Assembly: GCA_964540785.1 (NCBI GenBank)
Contig: CAZIOD010000003.1
Span: 1,928-65,927 of the forward strand
Direction of reading: 5' to 3'
Source of the DNA: an uncultured Terricaulis sp.
Lineage (GTDB): Bacteria > Pseudomonadota > Alphaproteobacteria > Caulobacterales > Aquidulcibacteraceae
Length of the DNA: 64,000 nucleotides
Part shown: piece by piece, positions 9,464-19,812 of the stretch
How the letters are laid out: each line of letters opens with the position of its first letter
How positions within the stretch are numbered: position 1 is the stretch's first letter
Notes under the pieces: generated by a model
Told to the model about the DNA's origin: nothing
Databases searched by the model: none
What the model saw: the letters and a program-made list of their open reading frames with translations, nothing else
Program-made: the position numbers and the translations under genes

Positions 9464-10651
9464 TCAGAGCGCAAATCGCGTCCATCGCTCCAGCGCTTCC
9501 TGCCGGGCGCGCGCCGCGAGCTGGCGGGTCCACGCCGGTTCGAGGAAAGCGCGGCGCATGAGCTCGGCGGCGTGATCAATATCGGCGTCGGCCCACAAAT
9601 CCGACCCGGTGTCGTACTTGGATTGCGGATCGACGACAGGGATTAGGCGATAGCGTACGGGCAAAGAGTTCTCCACCGACATGAAGTCGACGTTTCCCGA
9701 CCAGTGCGTCGCCAGAACGGGCACGCCAGCAAGCATCGCCTCCGCGAGCGTCAACCCGAAACCTTCCGAACGGTGTAGCGAGACATAGAGATCCGGCGCC
9801 CCAAACCAGCGCCAATAAGCGTCCCTATCCAAAGCCGCGAATGTGACCTCGATCCGGTCATCTTCGCTAATCGCCGCCATCAAAGCAGCCTTGCCGGATT
9901 CATAGTGTTCGGCGTTTGAAACCAGGAGGCGCAAGCGCCAAGCCATGTCGCCGTGAGACGCGAGCTTGAAGGCCGCGACAGCCGCCAGCGGGTTCTTCCG
10001 CTCGAAGCCCGACGCAACATTGAAGGCTGAGACAACGTCGAAGCGTCCGTCGGCGGTTTCGCGCGCCGAAACGGGCGGAGCTTCGAGTGCGACCGGGTGG
10101 GGGATTACCCGAACCGACGGAAGGTCTCCAAGGCTGCGCAACGCGCCTGCGACGAAAGTGCTCGGCACGGCAATGTCGTGCACGCGCGTCAGCCCCTCGG
10201 CCCAGGGCGCGGGGACTCGAGGCAACTCCCACGCCCAATATCCAGTCACATACTTTCGCGCCAGGAAGGCGGCGCCCAGCAGATGGAAGACGTACTTCAG
10301 ATAGGGCGCGTTTATATTGATCAGGACGTGGGCGGGTCCGCGATGCGTACTCCCATCGTCGTATTGGAAGTTGACGGCATCGCCGGTCTCGAAGAAGTGA
10401 CGGCTAAGATCGACGCCGAGCACGCGCCGTCCTTGTTGCTGCACGGCGGTGTAAGCAAGACGCGCCGCCTGCCCCAGCCCTGAGGCGCTGGAGAGAAAGC
10501 CAACGACGACGACGGGCGCATCCAACGGCGCGCTCTCCACCTTCGAGAGGCGCGGCGCCAGAAGGCCAAGCACGCTATGCGCGAACGCGCGCCGAAGTCC
10601 GACAGGGGCGGAGCGCCAAAGACGGCGGAGCAGCGGAGAAGGTGCGATCAT
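9464..10651 (-). CDS. GT4 glycosyltransferase
   Basis: SGLGQAAR, GYWAWELP, RKNP, SLHRSEGFGLTLAEAM, SGNVDFM. Confidence 0.9.
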   Translation of the reverse strand: MIAPSPLLRRLWRSAPVGLRRAFAHSVLGLLAPRLSKVESAPLDAPVVVVGFLSSASGLGQAARLAYTAVQQQGRRVLGVDLSRHFFETGDAVNFQYDDGSTHRGPAHVLININAPYLKYVFHLLGAAFLARKYVTGYWAWELPRVPAPWAEGLTRVHDIAVPSTFVAGALRSLGDLPSVRVIPHPVALEAPPVSARETADGRFDVVSAFNVASGFERKNPLAAVAAFKLASHGDMAWRLRLLVSNAEHYESGKAALMAAISEDDRIEVTFAALDRDAYWRWFGAPDLYVSLHRSEGFGLTLAEAMLAGVPVLATHWSGNVDFMSVENSLPVRYRLIPVVDPQSKYDTGSDLWADADIDHAAELMRRAFLEPAWTRQLAARARQEALERWTRFAL

Positions 10652-10712
10652 GCGTCAGCGGCCACGCCAGCCCGCGCGGCAGATCTTCGAAAATGTTGGC
10701 GCACACACGAAC

Positions 10713-11792
10713 TCACAGCCGTTCCAGCCACGCCCAATAATCGCCCTGCCACGCCGCCTGCGCCAGTTCTCTCGCCTTGCGCGCTTTGCCTGCGATCTCC
10801 TTGCGGTGGTCGAGCACCCCGCTTAGGCACTCGGCAAGAGCAATTGCATCCGGCCGCTGCGCCACCCACCCGGCCGCCCCATCGCCGATCTGCTCGCTCA
10901 AGCCGCCGACCGGGGTGACCACGCACGGTTTGCCGTGTGCGAGCGCCTGCGCAATCACGCCGGACTGCGTCGCCGAACGATACGGCGCAAGCACGATGTC
11001 GCACGCTGCAATCTCCGCCTCTAGTGCGGCCTCGGAAAGCCATTCGCGTGAGACGCGCTCAACCTGCGGCAGCTCAAGTCGTTGCACTGTCGCCGCATCG
11101 AGCGCGGGACCCGATCCCCTCACGCGAAGCCGCCAATCGTCTCGCCCGTCGAGCGTCTGCAAAGCGTCGATCAGGATGTCCAGGCCCTTGTATTTGATCA
11201 TACGTCCGGCAAACAGCAGTCGCAGCGGCCCATCCTTGTGCACTTGCGCCTCACGGGGTTCGAACACGGCGCTGAGCGGCGCGACCTCGAGCTTGCCGCG
11301 GACGTTCGCAACCCTAGAGAGTTCCGCGGCGGCGTAATTCGACATCGCCAGAACGCAGGCGCTCTTGCGCAACAAGACTGACTGGGTCGTGCGCTGAAGC
11401 AGCGGCGCATAATCGCCCGGGTGAGGATGAGGATCGTGCGCCACGTAGACGAGTGGCTTCCGCAGCGTCATCGCCAGCGGCGCGGCCGTCGCAAAGTTCA
11501 TGGCCACGATCACGCAATCGACGCCCTGCTCATGCTCGGCCAAGACGCGCGCGTTTGCCGCGAGATTGACTGCGGTCGCGGCCGGCCGGCGGCGCGCCGT
11601 GACGACGCGCGCGGTCAATGTTCTAAACGGGCATGCTGTCGCTGTCGTGACGCTGGGATCGTCGGCGTGCAGCGAAAGCGTGACGGACTCGTCGCCAAAA
11701 CGCAGCGCCAGGCGCTGCGCCAGCTTCACCGCGTACTGACTGCCTCCGCCCCCCGTAGGCGACCAGTACCAGATGAGAAACCGCTTCGCCAT
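10713..11792 (-). CDS. GT4 glycosyltransferase
   Basis: GGGG, HDPHPHPG, FAGRMIKYKGLD, PYRSATQSGV, VGGLSE. Start taken at MAKRFL (11792), coupled to the upstream stop. Confidence 0.88.
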   Translation of the reverse strand: MAKRFLIWYWSPTGGGGSQYAVKLAQRLALRFGDESVTLSLHADDPSVTTATACPFRTLTARVVTARRRPAATAVNLAANARVLAEHEQGVDCVIVAMNFATAAPLAMTLRKPLVYVAHDPHPHPGDYAPLLQRTTQSVLLRKSACVLAMSNYAAAELSRVANVRGKLEVAPLSAVFEPREAQVHKDGPLRLLFAGRMIKYKGLDILIDALQTLDGRDDWRLRVRGSGPALDAATVQRLELPQVERVSREWLSEAALEAEIAACDIVLAPYRSATQSGVIAQALAHGKPCVVTPVGGLSEQIGDGAAGWVAQRPDAIALAECLSGVLDHRKEIAGKARKARELAQAAWQGDYWAWLERL

Positions 11793-12910
11793 CACGCGTC
11801 CGCTACGCGCGACCAGGCCTGGGACGCAACCTCGGCGGCGTGTTCTTCTGTGTAGCCTGCAAGAATTTTTGCGCGTGCAGCCAGGCCCATCGCTGTGCGC
11901 AGCGCCTTGTCGCGGCTGAGTCGCCTCAGCGCTTGCGCCAGAGCGACTGCATCGTTGCACGGCGCGACCACGCCAATGTCATCGGTCACGAAGTCGCGGC
12001 AGCCCGGCGCATCCGTCGTTACAAGCGGGCGGGCGCAGGCCGCCGCCTCCAACAACGAACGCGGCAACCCCTCCCCGCCGCGCGACGGCAAGCACGCGAT
12101 GTGCGCGCCAGCCCAGAACTGGGACACATCTTCTATGCGGCCCAGCACCTCGACGCCCGCCAATTCTCGCCAGCGCGAAATCTCGGCTGCCGACACCGCC
12201 TCCGGACTCTCCCGATCCACATCTCCAGCGATACGCAATGCGATAACCTCGCCCTCTTCGCGAAGGCGCTGCACGGCGGCGACCGCAACGTCGATCCCTT
12301 TTGTCCAGATCAGACGTGCGACAATACCCACGATCACGGGATGCGGCGGCGGGGCCGGCGCAGACGCGAACCGTTCGGGATCGACGCCGGCGCCTGGCAT
12401 GACCAAGGTGTGCGCGTCGAGTTCGCCGTCACGCCCAAGCCAATCGCGGTCTGCCGTGTTTTCCACCAACAACAACGAGCGCTGGCGTCGCAACGCGCGC
12501 CGCAACACCGATCTCAATTGCAAATTGATGGTTTGGGTCCACAAGGACTGACGCACGCCGAGATACCCCCGCCCCGTGAGCGCGAACACGCACCCGGCGC
12601 TGCGCCACCCCGACATTGCTAGAAGTGTCATTGGCTTCAAGGCGATCGCGTGCACGATTGCGGGACGCTCGCGCAAAAGCAGTTCGCGAAGATGGAAGAC
12701 CTGCCGCATCAAGTCCCATGGACGCATGGAGCCGCGCGCAAACGGCGTATTGACGACGCGGACCCCAGGCACGCCTGCCAGCGCGCCTGAGTCACGCGCG
12801 GCCGCGACAACCTCGAAGCCGTCGGCGTGCGCGCGGCCCAGCAGCGGCAGGAAGTGCGAGCGGATGAACCAATCCTCGGTCGCGAAAAACAGGAGCTTCG
12901 GCCGGCTCAA
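11792..12910 (-). CDS. GT4 glycosyltransferase
   Basis: TEDWFIRSHFL, HAIALKP, GAGVD, ARLIWTKG, EGLPRSLLEAAA, TTDAPGCRD. TTG start overlaps the epimerase stop. Confidence 0.9.
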   Translation of the reverse strand: MSRPKLLFFATEDWFIRSHFLPLLGRAHADGFEVVAAARDSGALAGVPGVRVVNTPFARGSMRPWDLMRQVFHLRELLLRERPAIVHAIALKPMTLLAMSGWRSAGCVFALTGRGYLGVRQSLWTQTINLQLRSVLRRALRRQRSLLLVENTADRDWLGRDGELDAHTLVMPGAGVDPERFASAPAPPPHPVIVGIVARLIWTKGIDVAVAAVQRLREEGEVIALRIAGDVDRESPEAVSAAEISRWRELAGVEVLGRIEDVSQFWAGAHIACLPSRGGEGLPRSLLEAAACARPLVTTDAPGCRDFVTDDIGVVAPCNDAVALAQALRRLSRDKALRTAMGLAARAKILAGYTEEHAAEVASQAWSRVADA

Positions 12911-13800
12911 TGTGCGGCCCGCCAAGCTTGGCCGCAGGCCACAAGTCCCGCGCGTGTGTCGATGCCCGGATAGGCAAACACGGCACGAAAGCGGCGCGCG
13001 TCCACTTCGAGACTTCGCACCAGCGGCGGCGGACCTAACGCTGCAAATCCAGGCATGGCGAACAGACGCGCGGGCCGTCCCATCCCCCGGCGGAGCAGGC
13101 TCGCCATTTCGCCCGTCGAAACGGGCGGATCGTCGGCTACATGAAAGACGCCCGTCGGCGTGTCCGGATGCGCCAACACAGCAACGATCGCGTCGATAAA
13201 CGACGGCAAGGCGATCAAGGACCGCCGATTGGTCAGCCCGGCGAACGGCAACGGCGCCTGCGAATCCAAGCGGCGCAAGAACTTTGCGAGATTGCCCTTG
13301 GCGTTGGCCGCATAGACCAGCGGCGGACGCAGGACAATCGGGGCGAGCGCGGCATGTCCCAGTACAATGCGCTCGGCTTCCAGTTTCGCCCGCCCGTATG
13401 CATCCTCGGGCCGCGGCGCGTCATCTTCGTTCAGCGCCGCGCCCTCACTCGACCCGGCGCACGCTTTCATCGAGCTCACGAAGATGAATCGCTTCACCGC
13501 TGCGGCCTCTGCTGCGCGCACCAATTCCTCGGTCCCGCCAATAATGCCGCGCCGAATGGTTTCATCCGGAAAATACGAGTTGGATGGGCCGGCGAGGTGG
13601 ACCACAATGTCTGCGCCGTCCAGCGCGCGCGCCCAATCGGCGCCCTCCCCCAGCTCCCCTACGACAAGCTCCGTTAAGGCCTTTGCGGTGCGCCTTTGCG
13701 ACGCGCGAACATTCCATTTCGGCGCCAGCGCCGGTATCAAGGCGGCGGCGATGAAGCCTGAACCGCCTGTGATCAGCACCGTTTCCGCCGATGTACGCAC
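12907..13800 (-). CDS. NAD-dependent epimerase/dehydratase
   Basis: ITGGSGFI, VVHLAG, FVSS, YGRAK, RPPLVY. GTG start preceded by GGAGAGG. Confidence 0.88.
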   Translation of the reverse strand: MRTSAETVLITGGSGFIAAALIPALAPKWNVRASQRRTAKALTELVVGELGEGADWARALDGADIVVHLAGPSNSYFPDETIRRGIIGGTEELVRAAEAAAVKRFIFVSSMKACAGSSEGAALNEDDAPRPEDAYGRAKLEAERIVLGHAALAPIVLRPPLVYAANAKGNLAKFLRRLDSQAPLPFAGLTNRRSLIALPSFIDAIVAVLAHPDTPTGVFHVADDPPVSTGEMASLLRRGMGRPARLFAMPGFAALGPPPLVRSLEVDARRFRAVFAYPGIDTRAGLVACGQAWRAAH

Positions 13801-13890
13801 GCACCTCTCCAACGCCAGGCCAAGCTTGGCTTGCCGCCTCTATCAAGATGGGTAACAGACTGGCTACCCCGATGCGCGGAAGATGAGCGG

Positions 13891-15054
13891 GTGACCGAAT
13901 CGCTAAAGCACGCCGCACAGGGCGCCCGGTCTTGGCTCTTCGAGCATGCGCTGCCGGTCTGGTGGGAGCGCGGCTACGACCGGCGCGCGCGGTGCTTTTA
14001 CGAGCGGCTCGATTTGGACGGATCGCCGATCGTCGACGAGCCGCGGCGCGTGCGCGTGCAGGCGCGACAGACCGTCGTTTATGCTTATGCCGGCCAGCTG
14101 GGCTGGAGCGGCCCGTGGCGCGAGGCCGTCGAGGCGGGCGTGGAGGTGCTGCTGAGGCGCGCACTGCGGCCCGACGGCGGCACGCGCCACCTGCTCTCGC
14201 CGGACGGCGGCGTGCTTGACGAACGGCGCGACCTTTATGACGCGGCGTTCGTGCTGCTGGCGCTTTCGGAAGCTGCTCGCGTGCTCGATGCGCGTGCGGA
14301 TCTCATCGATGCGGCCAGGCGACTGGAGGGATGGATCCACTGGTATTGGGAACGCCCCGAGGGCGGCTTCGAGGAAGGCGAAGTCTGCCCCATACCGCCG
14401 CGCCGTCAAAACCCGCACATGCACTTGCTGGAGGCGCTGTTATCCTTCCACCAGACGACCGGAGACGCGCTGCACCTCGAGCGCGCCGGCGCGATAGCCC
14501 GGCTTTTCCGGGAAAAAATGTTCAACGACGAGCATGGGGCGCTGCCGGAATTCTATGACCTCGACTGGCGGCCTATGTCCGACCAGCTCGGCCGCATCGT
14601 CGAGCCCGGCCACCACTTCGAATGGTGCTGGCTGCTCCATCGTTGTTATGCGGCGGGCGGCGAAGACTTCAGGCCCGAGGGCGAGCGTCTGCGTCGGCAT
14701 GCGGAGGCGCACGGCATCGAGAGCGGCGCGGCCTGCGATCAAATTCTCATCGACGGCCGGCCGCTTAAGCGCACAGCGCGCCTGTGGCCTCAGACGGAAC
14801 GCTTGAAGGCGAATTTGGCCCGCCTGGAAGCGTCGAATGGCGATGCGGGGGCGGCGCGCGCTGCGCTGGAGGCGCACGCAATGCTGCGTGCCTTCTGCGC
14901 CACCCAATTACCGGGGCTGTGGTACGACCTGCGTACGCCCGACGGGGCGTTCACCCGCGAGCCCGCGCGCGCTTCCAGCTTCTATCACATCGCACTCGCG
15001 CTGAGCGAACTGATCCGCGTCGCGGACGCCCCCCGTCAGGAGATGCGTTCGTAG
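13891..15054 (+). CDS. AGE-family epimerase/isomerase (likely type III mannose-6-phosphate isomerase)
   Basis: RVRVQARQ, DLYDAAF, QNPHMHLLEA, EPGHHFEW, RLWPQTE, ASSFYHI. Confidence 0.85.
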   Translation: MTESLKHAAQGARSWLFEHALPVWWERGYDRRARCFYERLDLDGSPIVDEPRRVRVQARQTVVYAYAGQLGWSGPWREAVEAGVEVLLRRALRPDGGTRHLLSPDGGVLDERRDLYDAAFVLLALSEAARVLDARADLIDAARRLEGWIHWYWERPEGGFEEGEVCPIPPRRQNPHMHLLEALLSFHQTTGDALHLERAGAIARLFREKMFNDEHGALPEFYDLDWRPMSDQLGRIVEPGHHFEWCWLLHRCYAAGGEDFRPEGERLRRHAEAHGIESGAACDQILIDGRPLKRTARLWPQTERLKANLARLEASNGDAGAARAALEAHAMLRAFCATQLPGLWYDLRTPDGAFTREPARASSFYHIALALSELIRVADAPRQEMRS

Positions 15055-15794
15055 CTGCGAAGGTCGAGCTGCGCCTGTCCGAGCGGGGTAGGCACCGTGA
15101 GGCGCAGCGGCGGCGCGAAGCCAGGTTGAGCCGGAAGTGCGAACCAAGCTTCTGCCGCCGGGATACGCGAGCGATCGAAATTGCCGCTGAACCCGGCGAT
15201 TGGCTCGTACCGGAATTGGCACAGAAGCGCTGGGCCATTGTAGCCCCCGCCGTTGAACGTGCCCTGCGAACGCGGCGACACGGCTAGGCGATAGTGTTGG
15301 CGACCGTCGAACACGAGCACCGAGCCGCGGCACGCGCGCGCTACGCCGATCTGGCGGCCGAGCGCAAATACGCCAGTCAAAGGATCGTATGACCCGGTTT
15401 GCTGCGCCGCTGTCGCAGGCGGAGCGCCCATGTCGCCATACGACGGTGCGATGTCCGCATTCACCCCGCCGGCGCCGCGATTCATCTGAATGCGCCGAAA
15501 CTTGCTCGCGTAGGCGTGCGAGATGTCGTAACGGGTCCAGGCGATGTTGGCGCCGCTCACCGAGCCAGTAGCTGCGGCGGTGATCTCTGTCTGATCGAAC
15601 AAGCGCGCAAGCCCGGACGTGCGCAGATTGGCGCGGGCGGCGTAGCGTGTGCCGTTCGCCGTCACCTCATAACTGGCGGCGCCGAGCACGACGACGCCGA
15701 GCACCGCCGCTTCATAATTGAGCCGATAGGTCTCGGCGCGCGCAGGCGCGATCAGCAGGCACGCCGCTGCGAATGCATAAGCAAACAGACGCAT
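15036..15794 (-). CDS. Secreted DUF3108-like protein
   Basis: Signal peptide MRLFAYAFAAACLLIAPARA; DPL, VFDGRQHYRL, C...YEPIAG. Confidence 0.7.
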   Translation of the reverse strand: MRLFAYAFAAACLLIAPARAETYRLNYEAAVLGVVVLGAASYEVTANGTRYAARANLRTSGLARLFDQTEITAAATGSVSGANIAWTRYDISHAYASKFRRIQMNRGAGGVNADIAPSYGDMGAPPATAAQQTGSYDPLTGVFALGRQIGVARACRGSVLVFDGRQHYRLAVSPRSQGTFNGGGYNGPALLCQFRYEPIAGFSGNFDRSRIPAAEAWFALPAQPGFAPPLRLTVPTPLGQAQLDLRSYERIS

Positions 15795-15902
15795 CGTTTT
15801 CCCTCCGCGAGATTGGGGTTGGGTAGCGCAGGCAGACGCCTGAGTCACGGCGCAAGCGCACCTGCGCAGCGATGTTAGGTCTGGGATCTGGACGACGCGC
15901 TG

Positions 15903-16535
15903 CTAGTAGGTTTCGTGCGCGAGGAAGAGGTCGGCCAATTCCAAATGCCGATCGCGATAGCTCGGATCGGGGCCGCCGACGAAACTGACTGGCGTCAGCG
16001 TTGCTTGCGCTTGCGCCGGCGCTGGCTCGGGGTGTTCAGCCGCCGGCTGGATAAACGATTCCGGCGCTGGCGCGGCAGCTTCTACGACCGGCTGCGCCGA
16101 AGGCGCGGCGGCGGCAAGAGTTTCTGTCTGGCCCGTGCTGGCCTGCAGGCCATCGCCAGCCTCTACTAGCCGCATGGACGCAAACGTCGTCGCATCGCCG
16201 AGCGCGAGCGAACGGATGCGTTCGATCTTGGCTTCCGTCGCCGCACGCGTGATCTCGAGCGAAGCGGTCGTGCGCGCGAGTTCATTGTGGATGTCGGACA
16301 GTTCTTGCGCGCTCAACGGCGCTGGATAGGGCGGCAAGCTCGCATACGGATCGTCTGCACTCGCGCTATTGGTATCGAGTCCGAAACCTGAGGCGAGACT
16401 TGTGCCGACAATCCCGCCAAAGCCGGCGGGCGAGAAGACTGTTATCGCGAGCGCCGTGGCCGCAACGCCTGTCAGGCCGGACTTGAGAACGGTGTCCCGG
16501 ATCTCTCGCCCATGGTCGTGTGGCTTGTCAGTCAT
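15903..16535 (-). CDS. Hypothetical membrane-anchored protein
   Basis: MTDKPH start with GGGAG upstream; N-terminal TM, helical segment, Ala/Pro/Glu-rich linker, C-terminal DRHLELADL. Confidence 0.65.
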   Translation of the reverse strand: MTDKPHDHGREIRDTVLKSGLTGVAATALAITVFSPAGFGGIVGTSLASGFGLDTNSASADDPYASLPPYPAPLSAQELSDIHNELARTTASLEITRAATEAKIERIRSLALGDATTFASMRLVEAGDGLQASTGQTETLAAAAPSAQPVVEAAAPAPESFIQPAAEHPEPAPAQAQATLTPVSFVGGPDPSYRDRHLELADLFLAHETY

Positions 16536-16681
16536 TCGCCGCTCCCACGGGCACGATGACGCGTCGTCCCCCGCATGGACCCCCTCTTTACGCGCCAGAG
16601 GCGTAACAAACCTTAAATCTCGTCCGGCGCCAAGCACTAAGAAACGCTATCCAGTGACGATGCGGAAATGTCGTCTACACA

Positions 16682-17827
16682 ATGACCGGTGAGGCGGGGT
16701 TGAAGGGCATGATCGGTCGGTTTGCGCGTGGGGCATTTCTCGTGCTTCTGCCGGCCTTTGGGGTCGGCGGCGCTTTGGGGCTACCGGTATTGCTGGCGCT
16801 GGCCGGAGCGCTGTCTTTCCGTCCTTCGCTAGTGCGGCAAGCTGTTGAAAACAGGACCTGGTCCGTCCTGCTGCTGGCGCTCTTCCTGGCGCTCGCCGTG
16901 GCCTCAAGCGCCTGGTCAATCCACGCGGCGGGCCTGCAGGCGCTGAAGATCGCCGTGCTGGCGCCGCTTGCTCTCCTGTTTGCCGCCGCCGCCGCCAAGG
17001 ACCCGCGACTCACCCGGGCCGGCGCAGTGGCGGCTTTTGCCGTGCTAGCCGCGCTATTGGCAATTGAGGCAATGGCGCAGATGCCGTTCAATCGGGCGGC
17101 TCAACCGCGGGCCGACCTCTTCGAACTCGGGCGCAACCTCAGCCGCGCCGGCAGCCTCCTGCTCGCTCTGACCTGGGGCGCCGTGGGCGCTTTGCTGGCG
17201 CGGCCGGGGCCGGCATGGAAGGCGGCCGCTTTGGCGGCGCTGGTCGCTGCCGGCTTTATCTCGCTCCAATTCGGCCAGTTCTCCAATACCGTGGGGTTTG
17301 CGGCAGGACTGGTTGCGTTTCTGGCGGCCTATGCCGCGCCGCGGACCGCACTAACCGGGGTGGCGGCCGCCTTGCTGGCCTGGCTCCTGGCGGCCCCCTT
17401 TGCCGGGCCGCTGCTCGCCGCGGCCATCGACGATCACGCCATGCCCTACAGCTGGAACGCCCGGCTCGAGATCTGGAGTTACTTAGGCGAACGCATTCGC
17501 GAGCAGCCTTGGTTTGGACATGGCCTCGACGCCTCACGCGCGCACGCCCCTGCCGTGCCTGTGCACCCCCACAGCGCCAGCCTGCAAATCTGGTTCGAGT
17601 TGGGCATTCTCGGCGTCTCGCTGGCAGCCGCGCTTCTGGTTCTCGGCTGGCGCGACCTCGTCCGCTGCTTTGGCGACAACCGGCCGGCGGCCGCGGCGGC
17701 GGCGGGCTCGCTGGCGGCGCTCGGCGTGATCGCCAATCTCAGTTTTAACCTCTGGGCCGAGTGGTGGTTCGCCACGTTGTTCGTCGCCCCCGCCGTCGTG
17801 GGAGCGCTCGGCCGCCCCCGAAGCTGA
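16682..17827 (+). CDS. O-antigen ligase/polymerase-like (Wzy_C) membrane protein
   Basis: Many TM helices; SWNARLEIW, PWFGHG, HPHSASLQIWFELG. Start could be 16709. Confidence 0.8.
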   Translation: MTGEAGLKGMIGRFARGAFLVLLPAFGVGGALGLPVLLALAGALSFRPSLVRQAVENRTWSVLLLALFLALAVASSAWSIHAAGLQALKIAVLAPLALLFAAAAAKDPRLTRAGAVAAFAVLAALLAIEAMAQMPFNRAAQPRADLFELGRNLSRAGSLLLALTWGAVGALLARPGPAWKAAALAALVAAGFISLQFGQFSNTVGFAAGLVAFLAAYAAPRTALTGVAAALLAWLLAAPFAGPLLAAAIDDHAMPYSWNARLEIWSYLGERIREQPWFGHGLDASRAHAPAVPVHPHSASLQIWFELGILGVSLAAALLVLGWRDLVRCFGDNRPAAAAAAGSLAALGVIANLSFNLWAEWWFATLFVAPAVVGALGRPRS

Positions 17828-17906
17828 GCCGCTCCGGTTGCTTTTGAGGGGGCCGGCGCCTATCGAAGCGCTCAATCCCGCGTCCCTGCGCGACGTACCG
17901 AGTGCG

Positions 17907-18917
17907 ATGAACCCGATCCTGGTGACTGGCGCGGCCGGCTTTATCGGCTATCACCTCGCCGAGCGATTGCTCGCGCGCGGCGAGCGCGTGGTCGGACTCG
18001 ACAATCTCAGCGATTATTACGATGTCGAGCTTAAGCGCGCACGGCTCGACCGGCTGCTGGCGCACCCCAACTTCAGCTTTGCCCACGCCGATCTTGCCGA
18101 CGAACCGGCCCTAGCGCGCCTCTTCGTCCAGCACGGCTTCCAGCGCGTGTTCAATCTCGCGGCACAGGCCGGCGTGCGCTACTCGCTGGTCAATCCGCAA
18201 GCCTACATTCACAGCAACGTCGCAGGTTTCACCAGCCTGCTCGAGGCCTGCCGCCACGCCGCGGTCGAGCATCTCGTTTTTGCATCTTCGAGTTCTGTCT
18301 ATGGCGCGGTTACCAAGACGCCCTTCTCGGTACACCAGAACGTCGATCACCCGCTGAATGTGTACGCCGCGAGCAAGAAAGCGAACGAGCTGCTCGCGCA
18401 CACTTACAGCCACCTCTACGCCATGCCGACGACAGGCCTTCGCTTTTTCACCGTCTATGGGCCGTGGGGCCGTCCCGACATGGCCGCGTTTCTTTTCACG
18501 CGATCTATTCTAGCTGGTGAGCCAATCAATGTGTTCGGCGGCGGGGAAATGGAGCGCGACTTCACTTACATCGACGACATCGTCGAGGCTGTCGCCCGCG
18601 TCGGCGATCGCATCCCCGCGCCCAATCCGGAATGGAGCGGCGCCGATCCCGATCCCGCCACATCGAGCGCGCCGTATCGACTCTATAATATCGGCAATCA
18701 CACCCCGCTGAAGGTGAACCGCCTGATCCAGATCATCGAGCAGTGCACCGGCAAGCGGGCGATCCGCAACCCGATGCCGGTGCAGCCCGGCGAGGTGCCG
18801 GCTACTTTTGCCGACGTGGACGACCTCGCACGCGACGTCGGCTTTGCGCCGCAGACGCCGCTTGAGGTCGGCATGAAGAAATTCGTCGATTGGTATCGTG
18901 ACTTTTATGGCGTCTAG
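17907..18917 (+). CDS. UDP-glucuronate 4-epimerase-like SDR
   Basis: [53 protein letters not shown]. Confidence 0.92.
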   Translation: MNPILVTGAAGFIGYHLAERLLARGERVVGLDNLSDYYDVELKRARLDRLLAHPNFSFAHADLADEPALARLFVQHGFQRVFNLAAQAGVRYSLVNPQAYIHSNVAGFTSLLEACRHAAVEHLVFASSSSVYGAVTKTPFSVHQNVDHPLNVYAASKKANELLAHTYSHLYAMPTTGLRFFTVYGPWGRPDMAAFLFTRSILAGEPINVFGGGEMERDFTYIDDIVEAVARVGDRIPAPNPEWSGADPDPATSSAPYRLYNIGNHTPLKVNRLIQIIEQCTGKRAIRNPMPVQPGEVPATFADVDDLARDVGFAPQTPLEVGMKKFVDWYRDFYGV

Positions 18918-19812
18918 GACGCGACTTTCTCATCTCGACGCGCTCGAAGCGGAAAGCATCCACATTCTGCGTGAGGTCGCCGCGGAAGCCGAGCGGCCGG
19001 TGATGCTTTATTCGATGGGCAAGGACAGCTCAGTGCTGCTGCACCTCGCGATCAAGGCGTTTTATCCCGCGCATCAGCCATTTCCGCTGCTGCACGTCGA
19101 TACGACCTGGAAGTTCCGCGACATGTACGCGATGCGCGACCAAGTCGCCAAACAGCACGAAGTCATCGTGTATCGCAATCCGGACGCTGAGACGAGGAAC
19201 ATCAATCCGTTCGATCACGGCTCGGAAGCGCATACCAATATCTGGAAGACCGAAGGCTTGCGGAGGGCCCTCGCGGAATTCGGCTACGACGCCGCGATCG
19301 GCGGCGCGCGGCGCGACGAAGAGAAAAGCCGCGCAAAGGAACGCGTTTTCTCGCTGCGCTCCACACATCAGCATTGGGATCCTAAGAACCAGCGCCCGGA
19401 GCTCTGGAATCTGTACAATACGAGAAAACACAGCGGCGAGAGCTTCCGGGTGTTTCCGCTTTCGAACTGGACCGAACTCGACGTCTGGCAATACATCGAA
19501 GCCGAGAACATCCCGATCGTACCGCTCTATTTCGCCGCCGAGCGCGAGGTCGTGCGCCGGTGCGGCGCCTGGATCATGATTGACGACGAGCGCATGCGCC
19601 TGGCGCCGGGCGAGAAAGCAGAAACGCGGGTCGTTCGCTTCAGAACGCTCGGCTGCTATCCGCTCTCCGGCGCCGTCGACAGCAATGCGAGGAATGTGAG
19701 CGACATCGTCAAAGAGATCATGGACTCACGCGCCAGTGAGCGACAGGGCCGCCTCATCGACAGCGATACGCCCTCATCGATGGAGAAGAAAAAGCGAGAC
19801 GGCTATTTCTGA
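18907..19812 (+). CDS. cysD: Sulfate adenylyltransferase subunit 2
   Basis: [50 protein letters not shown]. Confidence 0.96.
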   Translation: MASRTRLSHLDALEAESIHILREVAAEAERPVMLYSMGKDSSVLLHLAIKAFYPAHQPFPLLHVDTTWKFRDMYAMRDQVAKQHEVIVYRNPDAETRNINPFDHGSEAHTNIWKTEGLRRALAEFGYDAAIGGARRDEEKSRAKERVFSLRSTHQHWDPKNQRPELWNLYNTRKHSGESFRVFPLSNWTELDVWQYIEAENIPIVPLYFAAEREVVRRCGAWIMIDDERMRLAPGEKAETRVVRFRTLGCYPLSGAVDSNARNVSDIVKEIMDSRASERQGRLIDSDTPSSMEKKKRDGYF